Shown here: piece by piece, positions 47,862-58,600 of the stretch
Position numbering within the stretch: position 1 is the first letter of the stretch
How the letters are laid out: each line of letters opens with the position of its first letter
Assembly: GCA_900498215.1 (NCBI GenBank)
Contig: LR026962.1
Coordinates: 1,312,679-1,373,524 of the forward strand
DNA from: an uncultured Paludibacter sp.
Lineage (GTDB): Bacteria; Bacteroidota; Bacteroidia; Bacteroidales; Paludibacteraceae
Direction of reading: 5' to 3'
DNA length: 60,846 nucleotides
Notes under the pieces: generated by a model
The model's database searches: none
The model's input: only the letters and a program-made list of their open reading frames with translations
Told to the model about the DNA's origin: nothing
Translations under genes and position numbers: made by a program

Positions 47862-48446
47862 ATGAAAAAATTATTTTTATTATTAATTATGAGTTTATTT
47901 TTCTATTTGGGTTACTCTCAAGACGACAGTTACACGGGTCTTCAACTTACTGTAGGGTACACACCAAAACAAGTTACCTCTTTAAATGATAAAGGAAACG
48001 CCGTTTCTTTTGATATTATGGGAATTGAATGGTTTAATGATTTCAACGACCCTGTTGCGTATGGACTTGGATATGGTTTGGGTATTAGAAGTTATAATAA
48101 AATAGATAATAATGCTATTCTTAATTCCGAAGATCCTTACAAACAAAGTGTGACAAGATTTGACGTACATATAGGTCCTGCTATGGCAGTAGGAGTTACG
48201 GGAGTCGCATTATTGTTGTCGCCCCAATTTGGTCTTTGGTATGCAGGGATGAGTAACGATGGACCGAAGATTAATTTCACCACCACATTAAGTGCTGATT
48301 TGGTTTTTGGAATTATTTCTGTGGGAATATCATACTCTGCGCTAAGTAGAAGATTAGTTTCTACAAATTGGAGCATTTATAACCCTGAGAACTCTTATAT
48401 TTTAATTAAACCGGCATTAGAATTTAGAGCAGGAATTGCTATTTAA
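47862..48446 (+). CDS. Hypothetical outer-membrane beta-barrel-like protein
   Basis: The ORF track starts at 47826, but the internal MKKLFLLLIMSLFFYLGYSQ (47862) is a better signal peptide. Alternating hydrophobic strands with a C-terminal ...LEFRAGIAI. Confidence 0.5.
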   Translation: MKKLFLLLIMSLFFYLGYSQDDSYTGLQLTVGYTPKQVTSLNDKGNAVSFDIMGIEWFNDFNDPVAYGLGYGLGIRSYNKIDNNAILNSEDPYKQSVTRFDVHIGPAMAVGVTGVALLLSPQFGLWYAGMSNDGPKINFTTTLSADLVFGIISVGISYSALSRRLVSTNWSIYNPENSYILIKPALEFRAGIAI

Positions 48447-48512
48447 CTAATTTAGTAAATTTTCTATCTGACATAATCAGGTAGAAAATTTACTAAAATC
48501 AAAAAACTTATT

Positions 48513-49088
48513 ATGAAACTATTTTTTATTATTATACTTGCTGTTTATGTAATAACAATCATTGTTGATGTTTTTGTTACAATTAGACAAAAAAATAAAT
48601 TTATTGAAATTGTTTATAGAGCCATTCTCGTTTACCCCATCATTATTTCTTTTTTATCATTAATTATATTTATTCAGTTAATGCAACCGCGTATTTACAA
48701 AAAAGACAAATTTTACGGAATTAGGACCTCCTTTGCCTATATAACTCCACCTGAGTATCTTTCAATAAAAAAAACAGAAAAAATTACACATTATAAATAT
48801 GAACGCTCCGAAGACTGGGAGGGAATTGTTCCGGTACGTTCAAATGTTTTTCTTCTGCAAGATATTAATCATAAAATGGGAGTAAGCAACGGCTATAATA
48901 TTATAAAAGGCGATTCTATAAAATTCACTACAAAAAAAATCAACATCCAGAATAAAGAGTATCCTATAGATATAGTTATAGTATACAAAGGAGATAGAAG
49001 AGATACTGTAACTTTTAATCGTAATAAAGAATTACCAAACAAAATTGATACTATTGATACATATAGCTTTTTTACTTTTGATCCTTAA
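48513..49088 (+). CDS. Hypothetical membrane protein (two N-terminal TM helices plus a soluble C-domain)
   Basis: 191 aa. No recognisable motif. Confidence 0.45.
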   Translation: MKLFFIIILAVYVITIIVDVFVTIRQKNKFIEIVYRAILVYPIIISFLSLIIFIQLMQPRIYKKDKFYGIRTSFAYITPPEYLSIKKTEKITHYKYERSEDWEGIVPVRSNVFLLQDINHKMGVSNGYNIIKGDSIKFTTKKINIQNKEYPIDIVIVYKGDRRDTVTFNRNKELPNKIDTIDTYSFFTFDP

Positions 49089-49113
49089 TATTCATATTTC
49101 AAACGAAAACACT

Positions 49114-49121
49114 TATTTTTG
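49114..49121 (+). promoter_or_regulatory. Candidate -7 box TATTTTTG
   Basis: It overlaps the GTG used by the ORF track at 49121. If functional, the real start would be the ATG at 49151. Confidence 0.25.
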
Positions 49122-49150
49122 TGTATCCTTATTTTTCAAGAAAGAAATAT

Positions 49151-50218
49151 ATGTTAAAAGATAAAACACATATTATTATTACATCTTTTCTCATTTTAAT
49201 GAGCGTATTTTTCATTTTATTGGCGGACATTTTCCTAAATTCAAAAATTCTAAATAACTACCCTTTAGTTCTTTACTTATTTATTTTAGGAATGTGGTGG
49301 AATGGCGATAAATATGCAAAACTTATTTTAAGATTTACTTTTATAATCTTATCATTAATTGCATTATTTTTATACTTTGATGTTCTCAATTTCCCTTTGG
49401 AAAGATTAAACACTTTCAAAAATCGATTCTTTTTTTTCTTTGGGCATCAAACATTCACTCTTATCTTTTATTTTATTTTAATATATACCTTTTGTTTATT
49501 CATTGTAAATCCTACATATAAAAATAAATTCTCTGCTAAAACAATAAAACACATTGCACAAGGCGTGATTACCTGTATGTGGATTTTTACAGGGTTAATA
49601 ATTTTAGAGCAAACTTATTTTTTTATAAATCATAATGTTGACAGAGTAGTTTTTACAAACTGGCTAAAAGATCAAAAATTATTTATTTTACGTGATTTTA
49701 TGTATGGTGGAATGAAATATCTTTTAAATTTTACGGACACAGTTTTCAAAATACTTCTATTTATTTTCATTCTTTCTACTCGAATTTTTATTAAAAATAC
49801 TCTACAAAAAACTTTTAAAGGGATACATAGCAAAATAATCTTAATTATTTGCTTGATTGGAATATTTGCCTCCGCAATTAACCATTACATAACCAATTTC
49901 ATTTTCGAGATGAGCGTAATTATTATTTATTATCAAACATTAAATAATACTTTTCGGGAAACTGATAGTTTTCTAATGGACAAATTAAGTTTTTATACTA
50001 ACTATTCGGACAGAAAAATACTAAAATTTTGGTTAGGAGCTATTATTCTTATACCTTCTATAAATTTCATTTATTCAATTGCTTCTTTATCATACAGCAA
50101 TTTTTATGTATTTGCAAGAATTCTTTCCATCATAACTTTTGCTGTATTTACTACAATTGTGATAAATATATATTTGAAAAAACTTGAACTAGTTTTGAAT
50201 AGCAAAAATGAAAAGTAA
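49151..50218 (+). CDS. Hypothetical polytopic membrane protein (about 9-10 TM)
   Basis: The ORF track gives 49121 (GTG); ATG 49151 (MLKDKTHIIITSFLILM...) is preferred. Extremely Ile/Phe/Leu/Asn-rich with no recognisable family. Confidence 0.5.
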   Translation: MLKDKTHIIITSFLILMSVFFILLADIFLNSKILNNYPLVLYLFILGMWWNGDKYAKLILRFTFIILSLIALFLYFDVLNFPLERLNTFKNRFFFFFGHQTFTLIFYFILIYTFCLFIVNPTYKNKFSAKTIKHIAQGVITCMWIFTGLIILEQTYFFINHNVDRVVFTNWLKDQKLFILRDFMYGGMKYLLNFTDTVFKILLFIFILSTRIFIKNTLQKTFKGIHSKIILIICLIGIFASAINHYITNFIFEMSVIIIYYQTLNNTFRETDSFLMDKLSFYTNYSDRKILKFWLGAIILIPSINFIYSIASLSYSNFYVFARILSIITFAVFTTIVINIYLKKLELVLNSKNEK

Positions 50219-50257
50219 AGCGATTTGAAAACATTTGCATATTTGCACATTATTTTG

Positions 50258-50265
50258 TATCTTTG
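50258..50265 (+). promoter_or_regulatory. Candidate promoter for rplY-pth: -7 TATCTTTG with a -33 TTTG at 50234-50237
   Basis: Matches the TTTG / TAnnTTTG consensus with a 20-nt spacer. The leader to the ATG at 50370 is ~100 nt. Confidence 0.45.
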
Positions 50266-50369
50266 CGTGCTTTTTTGCAAGAGAAAGTGTGATGGGAAAT
50301 TAAGCGACTAATCACTTAAAAAACAAACGCTTAAATTTTGAGTAACACAAACTATTTTATTAAAAACGA

Positions 50370-50945
50370 ATGAAAACTTTTGATTTAAAAGGCGAAGCTC
50401 GCCAAGAATTAGGTAAAAAAGCTACCAAAGCAGTAAGAAACGAAGATGCTGTACCGTGCGTACTTTACGGAGGAAAAGAAAACGTACACTTTACAGCTAC
50501 AGAAAGCGATTTACGTAAACTTATTTACAGTCCTGATGTATTTGTAGTAAACCTAACTGTAGGTAAAACCGCTACAAAAGCCATTATGAAAGACCTTCAA
50601 TTTCATCCTGTAACAGACAAAGTATTACACATCGATTTTCTGGAAGTAAGCGATAAAAAACCGGTAGTAGTTGAAATCCCAGTAAAATTATCAGGACTGG
50701 CTGAAGGTGTGAAAGCCGGTGGTAAATTGAGTTTGGAAATGCGTAAATTAAAAGTAAAAGGTATTTACACTAATATTCCTGAAATAATCGAAATTGATGT
50801 AACAAATCTTTCTCTCGGAAAATCTATTCAAGTAGGAAAAGTCCAACTTAAAGATCTTGAATTATTAAATGCTAAAAATGCTGTTGTAGCACAAGTGAAA
50901 TTGACACGCGCCGCTCGTGGAGCTGCCGCTACTGCAGGAAAATAA
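50370..50945 (+). CDS. rplY: 50S ribosomal protein L25 / general stress protein Ctc
   Basis: 191 aa. GKKATKAVRNEDAVPCVLYGG...H.DF..V pattern, with pth immediately downstream. Confidence 0.93.
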   Translation: MKTFDLKGEARQELGKKATKAVRNEDAVPCVLYGGKENVHFTATESDLRKLIYSPDVFVVNLTVGKTATKAIMKDLQFHPVTDKVLHIDFLEVSDKKPVVVEIPVKLSGLAEGVKAGGKLSLEMRKLKVKGIYTNIPEIIEIDVTNLSLGKSIQVGKVQLKDLELLNAKNAVVAQVKLTRAARGAAATAGK

Positions 50946-50953
50946 AAACCTGA

Positions 50954-51517
50954 ATGAAGTATTTAATAGTGGGACTGGGTAATATTGGTTCTGAATACAG
51001 TAATACCCGCCACAACATAGGATTTACAATATTGGACGCTTTCGCACAGGCGTCCAATGTTTTTTTTACAGAAAACCGATACGGCTCTACCGCTGAAGTG
51101 AAACTGAAAGGACGTACTTTGCTTTTACTTAAACCATCTACATTTATGAATTTAAGTGGAAATGCCCTCCGCTATTGGATGCAAAAAGAAAACATTCCCA
51201 TAGAAAACGTGTTAGTTGTTGTAGATGATATTGCTCTACCTTTCGGAACATTACGTTTAAAACCTCAAGGTTCCGATGCCGGACATAATGGATTGAAAAA
51301 CATTCAAGATATTTTAGGACATAGCAATTATGCTCGATTACGTTTTGGCATTGGAAATGGTTTCCCACGAGGAAGACAAGTGGAGTACGTATTAAGTAAG
51401 TGGACAGATGAAGAAACCGAAAAACTTCCTGAAAGGTCTGAAAAAGCAGCTGAAATTATAAAAAGTTTTTGCCTCGCAGGAACACAACTAACAATGAATC
51501 AATACAATAATAAATAA
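50954..51517 (+). CDS. pth: Peptidyl-tRNA hydrolase
   Basis: 187 aa. [34 protein letters not shown] and [10 protein letters not shown]. Confidence 0.96.
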   Translation: MKYLIVGLGNIGSEYSNTRHNIGFTILDAFAQASNVFFTENRYGSTAEVKLKGRTLLLLKPSTFMNLSGNALRYWMQKENIPIENVLVVVDDIALPFGTLRLKPQGSDAGHNGLKNIQDILGHSNYARLRFGIGNGFPRGRQVEYVLSKWTDEETEKLPERSEKAAEIIKSFCLAGTQLTMNQYNNK

Positions 51518-51527
51518 TTTTACGATT

Positions 51528-52196
51528 ATGAAAAAGCTATTGCTTATTTTAAGTTGGAGTTTAATTATTTTTCCTCTTTTTTCACAAAAGGAATTCTCTT
51601 TGGTTTTAGGTGGAGGCTTAAATAAAATGTCGGGGGATATTGGTGGTGATAATTTTAAAAGCTTGCTTAAAAATGATTTGGGAGGTGGTTTTTCTTTAGG
51701 GCTTAGATATACGTTACCTTCTCACCTCGGATTCAGAATTTTTGGTGATTATTCAAAGTATAATGGTAAAGACAATAAGTTATACAACGGAGAAAGAATT
51801 CTTTCTTTTAAATCGAATGTAGCAAGTTTTGGAGGTCAATTAGAATATATCATTTTGGGAAATTCTTATATCGAGAATAGCAAACCTCATTCTTTATATT
51901 TATTTGGTGGAGGAAATGCGGCATTTTCAAAGGCGGTTTTAGACGACCAAACAAAAGTTAACGAAAATGCAGGCGCATTATTTTTAGGCGCGGGATATCA
52001 ATATCGTTTATGTAAAGCAATGAGCTTGGGCGCAGAAGCCAAACAAATTTTATTTCTTTCAGATAAAATAGATGGATTCTATAAAAACGTAGCCGGCAAC
52101 CAAAATCAAGATACAGCATTTGACTTCAAAATAACTCTTTCCTACTTCTTTCCTCAGGTAAATCTTTCTGGAGGAAAATGGGAAATAAATAACTAA
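51528..52196 (+). CDS. Outer-membrane beta-barrel (porin-family-like) protein
   Basis: 222 aa with a signal peptide, alternating beta-strand pattern and an aromatic near-C-terminal ITLSYFF. Confidence 0.6.
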   Translation: MKKLLLILSWSLIIFPLFSQKEFSLVLGGGLNKMSGDIGGDNFKSLLKNDLGGGFSLGLRYTLPSHLGFRIFGDYSKYNGKDNKLYNGERILSFKSNVASFGGQLEYIILGNSYIENSKPHSLYLFGGGNAAFSKAVLDDQTKVNENAGALFLGAGYQYRLCKAMSLGAEAKQILFLSDKIDGFYKNVAGNQNQDTAFDFKITLSYFFPQVNLSGGKWEINN

Positions 52197-52203
52197 ATTT
52201 GAT

Positions 52204-52599
52204 ATGGAAGTACGTATTGATAAATGGCTGTGGGCGGTACGATTGTTTAAGACACGAAGTTTAGCAACCGAAGCTTGTAAAAAAGGCAAAATATTTATCA
52301 ATAATACTCCTGCAAAACCTTCACGAACTATCAAAGTTGGCGACATTATCGGCATAAAACAGAATCCTGTACTTTATTCTTTCAAAGTGCTGGCTTTGCT
52401 TCAAAATCGCATTAACGCCAAACTTGTGCCTGATTTTAGAGAAGACGTTACTACACCCGACCAGCTTGAATTAATTGAATTGGGGAAAATTGCTGCAAAA
52501 TCAGGCAGAGAACGCGGTACAGGACGTCCTACAAAAAAAGAACGCCGCGATTTAGACGATTTTTTTGAACCGTTTTTCATTGATGAAGATGACGATTAA
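52204..52599 (+). CDS. hslR: S4-domain RNA-binding heat-shock protein 15-like
   Basis: 131 aa. RIDKWLWAVRLFKTRSLATEACKKGKI is the S4/Hsp15 motif. The C-terminus is basic then acidic. Confidence 0.85.
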   Translation: MEVRIDKWLWAVRLFKTRSLATEACKKGKIFINNTPAKPSRTIKVGDIIGIKQNPVLYSFKVLALLQNRINAKLVPDFREDVTTPDQLELIELGKIAAKSGRERGTGRPTKKERRDLDDFFEPFFIDEDDD

Positions 52600-52643
52600 T
52601 TTCTCATCTGATATCTGTTGTCCAAAATCTAAAAATCTAAAAT

Positions 52644-53195
52644 ATGTTTATAGCACAAAAACTACGCAAAGAAAATATCACCGAATATCTGCTTTATATG
52701 TGGCAGATTGAAGATTTAATTCGTGCATTTAATTTAGATATTGAATTGATTAACAAACAAATAATCGAACCTTATCCTGTTTCTGTCGATGAAAAAAAGA
52801 CGTTGTATGAGTGGTACGAAAGTTTAATTGATATGATGCGGATGGAACACGTACAGAAAGAAGGACATCTTCAAATCAATAAAAATACGATTGTACAATT
52901 GGACGAATTACACGGTTTACTTCTTAAATCCGGTATTGACGCAGCGTATAGCGCAAAATTCTATCACATTCTCCCTTTAATAAGCCAACTCCGTAATCAA
53001 CAAGAAAATCCTCATTTAAGTGATATCGAAATTTGTTTCAATTTTCAATACGCAATTATGATTTTGCGAATGAAAAAAACAGAAATCACATCTGAAACTC
53101 AAAAAGCACAAGCTGAAACAGCAAAATATCTTATCTTACTTGCAAAGAACTACACCAAATACCAAAACGGTGATTTAAGATTTGATGAGGATTAA
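52644..53195 (+). CDS. Conserved Bacteroidota hypothetical protein (DUF4924-like)
   Basis: 183 aa. ITEYLLYMWQIEDLIRAFNLD... is as I recall for DUF4924. The family name is unverified. Confidence 0.55.
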   Translation: MFIAQKLRKENITEYLLYMWQIEDLIRAFNLDIELINKQIIEPYPVSVDEKKTLYEWYESLIDMMRMEHVQKEGHLQINKNTIVQLDELHGLLLKSGIDAAYSAKFYHILPLISQLRNQQENPHLSDIEICFNFQYAIMILRMKKTEITSETQKAQAETAKYLILLAKNYTKYQNGDLRFDED

Positions 53196-53220
53196 TTCTT
53201 GCGTGTACGAAATTTAATTG

Positions 53221-53228
53221 TATTTTTG
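53221..53228 (+). promoter_or_regulatory. Candidate -7 box TATTTTTG for rfbA
   Basis: Matches TAnnTTTG, 58 nt upstream of the ATG at 53286. Confidence 0.4.
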
Positions 53229-53232
53229 TATA

Positions 53233-53281
53233 TTCATACTTCATAACTTACGCTTCATAATTCGTAATTCATAATTCATAA
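53233..53281 (+). repeat. Heptamer tandem repeat TTCRTAA (4 in-phase copies at 53254-53281 plus 2-3 degenerate copies) filling the rfbA leader
   Basis: ttcatac ttcataac ttacgc ttcataa ttcgtaa ttcataa ttcataa ttatATG. Confidence 0.85.
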
Positions 53282-53285
53282 TTAT

Positions 53286-54158
53286 ATGAAAGGCATTATT
53301 CTTGCGGGTGGTTCAGGAACTCGATTGTATCCGGCAACAAAAAGTATATCAAAACAAATCATTCCGGTATATGATAAACCAATGATTTATTATCCCTTAT
53401 CAATACTGATGTTAGCCGGCATTAAAGATATACTTATTATTTCAACTCCCCAGGATATACACTTATATGAAAACTTGCTTGGTAACGGAAGCGATTTGGG
53501 AATAAAATTGGAATATGCAATTCAACCTTCACCCGATGGACTTGCTCAGGCATTTATTATAGGTGAAGATTTCATCGGAAACGATAATGTTTGTATGATT
53601 TTGGGAGATAATATTTTCTACGGATTTGATTTTTCACGCACACTCCGCGAAGCTGCAAAATTAGAAAATGGCGCTATTGTTTTCGGATATTACGTAAACG
53701 ACCCAGAACGATACGGTGTAGCGGAATTTGATGCCAATGGGAAAGTATTGAGTTTAGAGGAAAAACCGACGCAACCAAAATCAAATTATGCAGTTACTGG
53801 ACTTTATTTTTACAGCAACGATGTAGTAAAAAAATCCAAAGGATTAAAACCTTCAAAACGCGGAGAATTGGAAATAACCGATTTAAATAGACTATATTTG
53901 GAAGAAGGAAGATTGAGTTTGAAAATGATGGGACGCGGAATGGCTTGGCTTGACACGGGTACTCACGATAGTTTGCTTGAAGCGTCTAATTTCATTGCAA
54001 CCATCGAAAACCGTCAAGGATTAAAAGTCGCTTGTTTGGAAGAAATTGCATACCGCTATGGTTATATTTCAAAAGAAAAATTACTGGAATTAGCCGAAAC
54101 GCTGAAAAAAAACAACTACGGGCAATATTTAATTAAGATTGCGAACGAGAAAGTTTGA
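53286..54158 (+). CDS. rfbA: Glucose-1-phosphate thymidylyltransferase
   Basis: 290 aa. [18 protein letters not shown]...[16 protein letters not shown] and the end-to-end RmlA pattern. Confidence 0.96.
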   Translation: MKGIILAGGSGTRLYPATKSISKQIIPVYDKPMIYYPLSILMLAGIKDILIISTPQDIHLYENLLGNGSDLGIKLEYAIQPSPDGLAQAFIIGEDFIGNDNVCMILGDNIFYGFDFSRTLREAAKLENGAIVFGYYVNDPERYGVAEFDANGKVLSLEEKPTQPKSNYAVTGLYFYSNDVVKKSKGLKPSKRGELEITDLNRLYLEEGRLSLKMMGRGMAWLDTGTHDSLLEASNFIATIENRQGLKVACLEEIAYRYGYISKEKLLELAETLKKNNYGQYLIKIANEKV

Positions 54159-54217
54159 TATATAATAAATGCCTGTAGAGACGATGTACACACCGTCTCT
54201 AAAAACGATAAAAAACG

Positions 54218-54766
54218 ATGGAAATAATAAAAACACCGATAGAAGATTTAATTATTATAAAACCACGTGTGTTTGCCGACGCACGCGGATATTTTTACGA
54301 AACATACAATCAAAAAAACTATCAGGAAGCTGGAATAAAACAAAACTTCTGCCAGGATAATCAATCCAAATCGAGTTATGGTGTTATTCGCGGATTGCAT
54401 TATCAGCTTCTTCCTCACAGTCAGGCAAAGTTAGTTTCAGTTGTAGTGGGCTCAGTTTGGGATGTGGCAGTAGATTTACGTAAAAATTCTCCGACTTTCG
54501 GACAATGGTACGGCGTGGAATTAACCGCAGAAAATCACCTGCAATTTCTTATTCCTCAAGGGTTTGCGCACGGATTTTCGGTACTAAGTGAAACTGCTGT
54601 TTTTTCTTATAAATGTGATGATTTTTATAATCCTTCACTGGAAAGAGGTATAATTTATAACGACCCCACTTTGAATATTGATTGGAAAATTCCGGCAGAA
54701 AAAGCGGTTGTTTCGGAAAAAGACCTCAAACATCCGATATTCAAAGACGCAGAAATAAACTTTTAG
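54218..54766 (+). CDS. rfbC: dTDP-4-dehydrorhamnose 3,5-epimerase
   Basis: 182 aa. F.D.RG.F.E, RGLHYQ and GFAHGF motifs. Confidence 0.95.
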   Translation: MEIIKTPIEDLIIIKPRVFADARGYFYETYNQKNYQEAGIKQNFCQDNQSKSSYGVIRGLHYQLLPHSQAKLVSVVVGSVWDVAVDLRKNSPTFGQWYGVELTAENHLQFLIPQGFAHGFSVLSETAVFSYKCDDFYNPSLERGIIYNDPTLNIDWKIPAEKAVVSEKDLKHPIFKDAEINF

Positions 54767-54800
54767 TCAGCGAAGATTAATCACTCAATTGCTCAAAGCT

Positions 54801-55652
54801 ATGAAAATATTAATCACCGGTTCAAACGGACAACTTGGAAACGAAATTAGGGTTATATCCGCAAATTATCCGCAACATCAATTCTTTTTTACTGATGTGG
54901 CAGAATTGGATATTTGTGATAAATCTGCCATCAAAAATTTTATTTCCGAAAATAAAATAGAAGCAATTATCAATTGCGCTGCGTATACAGCAGTTGATAA
55001 AGCCGAAGATGACGTAGAATTATGTTACAAAATCAACCGGGATGCTGTGAAAAATTTGGGAGAAACCGCTCAAGAATTTGGTTTAAAAATAATTCACGTT
55101 TCTACCGATTATGTTTTTGACGGCACCAATCACATTCCTTATACAGAAGAAATGGAAGTAAAACCTCTTGGCGTTTACGGTAAATCAAAACAGGAAGGGG
55201 AAAAAGTATTGCAGGAAAGTTGTGCCGATGCTGTGATTGTACGTACTTCGTGGCTATATTCTTCGTTTGGAAATAATTTTGTAAAAACAATGCTTAAACT
55301 CGGTCGTGAACGGGATGAACTGAATGTAATTTTCGATCAAATCGGAACACCGACTTATGCACAAGATTTAGCAGATGCGCTTTTGAAAATCATTTCATCA
55401 GAAAAAATAATCCCGGGAATTTATCATTTTTCGAACGAAGGTGTTTGCAGCTGGTACGATTTTACAAAATCAATTCATAAAATTGCGGGAATCTCTTGCA
55501 ATGTAAATCCAATAGAATCAAAGGATTATCCGGCTAAAGTTACCCGTCCTCATTACAGCGTTTTGAACAAAGCAAAAATCAAAAGAATTTATGGAATTAA
55601 AATTCCGCATTGGGAAGAAAGTTTAAAGAAATGTGTTGAACTGTTGAAATAA
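54801..55652 (+). CDS. rfbD: dTDP-4-dehydrorhamnose reductase
   Basis: The ORF track starts at TTG 54789; ATG 54801 (MKILITGSNGQLG, Rossmann GxxGxxG) is preferred. Also STDYVFDG and YGKSK (YxxxK). Confidence 0.93.
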   Translation: MKILITGSNGQLGNEIRVISANYPQHQFFFTDVAELDICDKSAIKNFISENKIEAIINCAAYTAVDKAEDDVELCYKINRDAVKNLGETAQEFGLKIIHVSTDYVFDGTNHIPYTEEMEVKPLGVYGKSKQEGEKVLQESCADAVIVRTSWLYSSFGNNFVKTMLKLGRERDELNVIFDQIGTPTYAQDLADALLKIISSEKIIPGIYHFSNEGVCSWYDFTKSIHKIAGISCNVNPIESKDYPAKVTRPHYSVLNKAKIKRIYGIKIPHWEESLKKCVELLK

Positions 55653-55656
55653 GTTC

Positions 55657-58600
55657 TTATTTGGAATTCAGCTTCACAATAGCGTCAATACCGTTACTTA
55701 TCGGAGAACTTGTTAACTGCAAAAACAAAAATTTGAAAAGTTCATATTCCAATCTTACTTCATATTCGTTAAGGTTATCATCTTTATAATTTCCAAACCG
55801 CCGTTCGTAACTCATAAAAAGTTTGTTTGTAATGTATTTTCCAACTACAAACGATGCCTGATCAAAGCTTCCGGAAGTTTTAAATTCAATGTAATCGACA
55901 CTTAAAGTATTCCCAAGCAATTTTGTAAGTTGAGAGGATATTAAGGAAGCAGCAGCTGTTCCTGCCACTCCTTGCGCCGTAATGCTGCTGCCGGTACTTA
56001 GTTGTTGTTGCGAAGTGAGATTATCCATACTTGTACCAAACAAAATATAAGAAACGGCATCGCCTTCACTTAAAGTTTCCCCGTCAAGAGTAAAATCTAA
56101 CTCCGGTTTTTGCAATGTTCCGGTTGCTAGAATGCGTAAATCGCGTTGAGCTTTATCTTGTGTACGTAATGTATAAGACGCATCAATATTAAGAGTCGGA
56201 TTGATTTCTTTTCCGCCTTCAAAAGCCAAACTTCCACTTTTAACTACAAATGTCTTCCCCAATAATTCATATTGTCCACGAACAACATCTACCGTTCCAA
56301 ACAATTCAAAATAATCCCTATATTTATATACATCCAAATCCCCCATTAATTCTATCCGAAGTTGTTCATTTTTTATCCATGTATTCCGAGGAATATTCAG
56401 TTTTAATTTTCCTTGAAGCGATTTGAAAAGGTTAAAACTTATTTCGTCTTTAGCTTGGACGCTATCATACGGTAATGTAAAAATAACAGAATCAGGTCTT
56501 ATATGCATATTTTCCAATTCTGAAACCAAAACAGGCTTTGAAATTTCGGGTGCAGAAGTTTTTCCAAACAAATTCATTACAGCAGGTATGTAAAACAGCG
56601 ATTGCAACATTTTAATATTACCGTCAAAAACCAAACTATCGCGTACGCCTTGCAGCTTAAGATCGCCTGACATTTCCGCATTAAATAATCTATGGTCAAA
56701 AGGATTAAAATTACGGAATTTCACATTGATTTTTGAATCCTTGAAATTGCCCAAATAAAACTGTGACTTAAATCCGGCATTTCCTTTAGCTGACATATAA
56801 CCGTCTTTGCTGCGTATATAGAAAGTGTCTACACCAATTTTATCTGTTTGAATATTTATATTTGCCAGCATAGTGCGGTAATCTATACCGTATTTTTTCC
56901 ACTTCAACGCTCCTTCGGTTAAGCGAAATTCTCCTGTAGGATTAGGATTTTCCAATGTTCCTTCTACTAAAACATCGCCGTCTAAGGAACCTTTTACTTC
57001 ATCAATAGGTTGAAATAATTTGACAATCTCTAACGGGAATTTTTCCACTTTTAATTGCGCGACAAGAGATTTATTTTTTTCAACATTAAATTTCATACTA
57101 TCCAATCTCATTTCAAATGGAAGTGTCCCGTCTACTTTCAATTTGCCGCTATCTTGCGACACAATATCTGATTTTATTCCTAATTTATTCGCATTATAAT
57201 TCAAAGAGCCATCAAAATAGGGAAAACTATAATCGCTTAAGGTTGTGTTTTTTATATTATAATTAGCTGTAAGCAAAGGATTTATAGCAGTTCCTTTCAA
57301 CGTCATATCCAAATAAAGATTACCGTTTATTTTATAATTGATATTAAGCATATCCATTATTTTATGCAAATCAATGTTTTGAAGTTGAATTTTCATATCC
57401 TGATTTCCAGATTTGCTAATCGTGCCATCGGCATAAATCACCTGAATACTATCGCCATCGGTGGAAATGAGTTTCATATCTTGTACAACGTATTCATTTT
57501 TGCCTATTTTTATATATGCTTGCGGAGAGGCTAATTTCCATTCATTATTTTTATAATTTAACATAAAATCAGATAATCCGACATTGGTTTCGTCTCCTAA
57601 TTCGAGCGAACTTGTCAATTTTGTTTCAATTTCGGTACCATCTGCATTTAATTGTAAATCGGTAGCATTATTTTTCGATTTCGCGCTCAAATTTATGCTG
57701 TTAAAAGTGTAATTCCCGGTTTTGAAATTTTTTACATTGATATTTCCATCCAACGTTTTCTTTTTAGCCATTAAATTTGTAGCCGCATTTCCTTTCAGGT
57801 TTTCAAAATATAAATTATTATACTTTGTCGTATCGAAATCAAACACTACATCAGCGTACAATTCTTTTGGATGTCCGATAACGTGTGCATCAACGCTTCC
57901 TCCTTGTGTTTCAAAGTTTTCAAGGTTAGCTAATTGAGATATTTCCGTACCGTCTTTTATTTTTGCTTTGACATTTAAATCCGAATTTCCCTTCATACTG
58001 TAAACTCCCGAGGCAAACATATCCAAAGTTGAAGTTTTAACTGACAACTCTTTAATATTTACCTGATTATTTGCAAAAGTGAATTTCGTATGTAAATCGT
58101 CGATATTAACACCCTTTGCCGAGGAACTATCAAGTTTCATGTTTGCGTTCACATGCATTTTTTCCGGATCAAAGCCAACGCCATCGAAGGTTGCCACTAA
58201 ATTTATATTGGAATTAAAACTGGTATCATTTAATACTTTTGCTAAATTTAAACATTGAGTTTGTAAATCAAGCGTGTAAGAAGGATTATTTGAGAAAATC
58301 TTCTTAACGTTTGGCGCTATTTTTATTGTTCCAAAATTTCCAAATCCATTTAATTGCCCGGTTAAATTTTGTTCCGCAAGTTTTATATTTACGTTTAATG
58401 TGTTGAATGTTTGTTGATATACTGTTGTGTTTGTAAAATTTCCTTTTACTGTGGTTCTCATTGTTTGAGGATTAATTCCAACACCGTAAACGTTTCCCTC
58501 AAAATTGATGTTTGAATTTAATTGTTTGTTGTTCATCAATTTGGCTAAGTTTAAACGTTGTGTATAAACGTTTAAATTATATTTCGGATTTTTTTCAAAT

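Noticed and set aside
50266-50369. Structured ribosomal-protein leader or ncRNA upstream of rplY
   Set aside because: Only two weak 5-bp stems (gtgat/atcac and aagcg/cgctt) were seen by eye. That is insufficient to call an RNA element without folding or covariation analysis.
43150-50369. Classical genomic island or integrative element
   Set aside because: No integrase, transposase, tRNA target or flanking direct repeats were visible at either border. Only the compositional shift and ORFan content support an accessory origin.
54169-54360. 63-aa ORF upstream of and overlapping rfbC
   Set aside because: It overlaps the well-supported rfbC frame by 143 nt and has no recognisable features. The rfbC start at 54218 gives the canonical MEIIKTPIEDL N-terminus.
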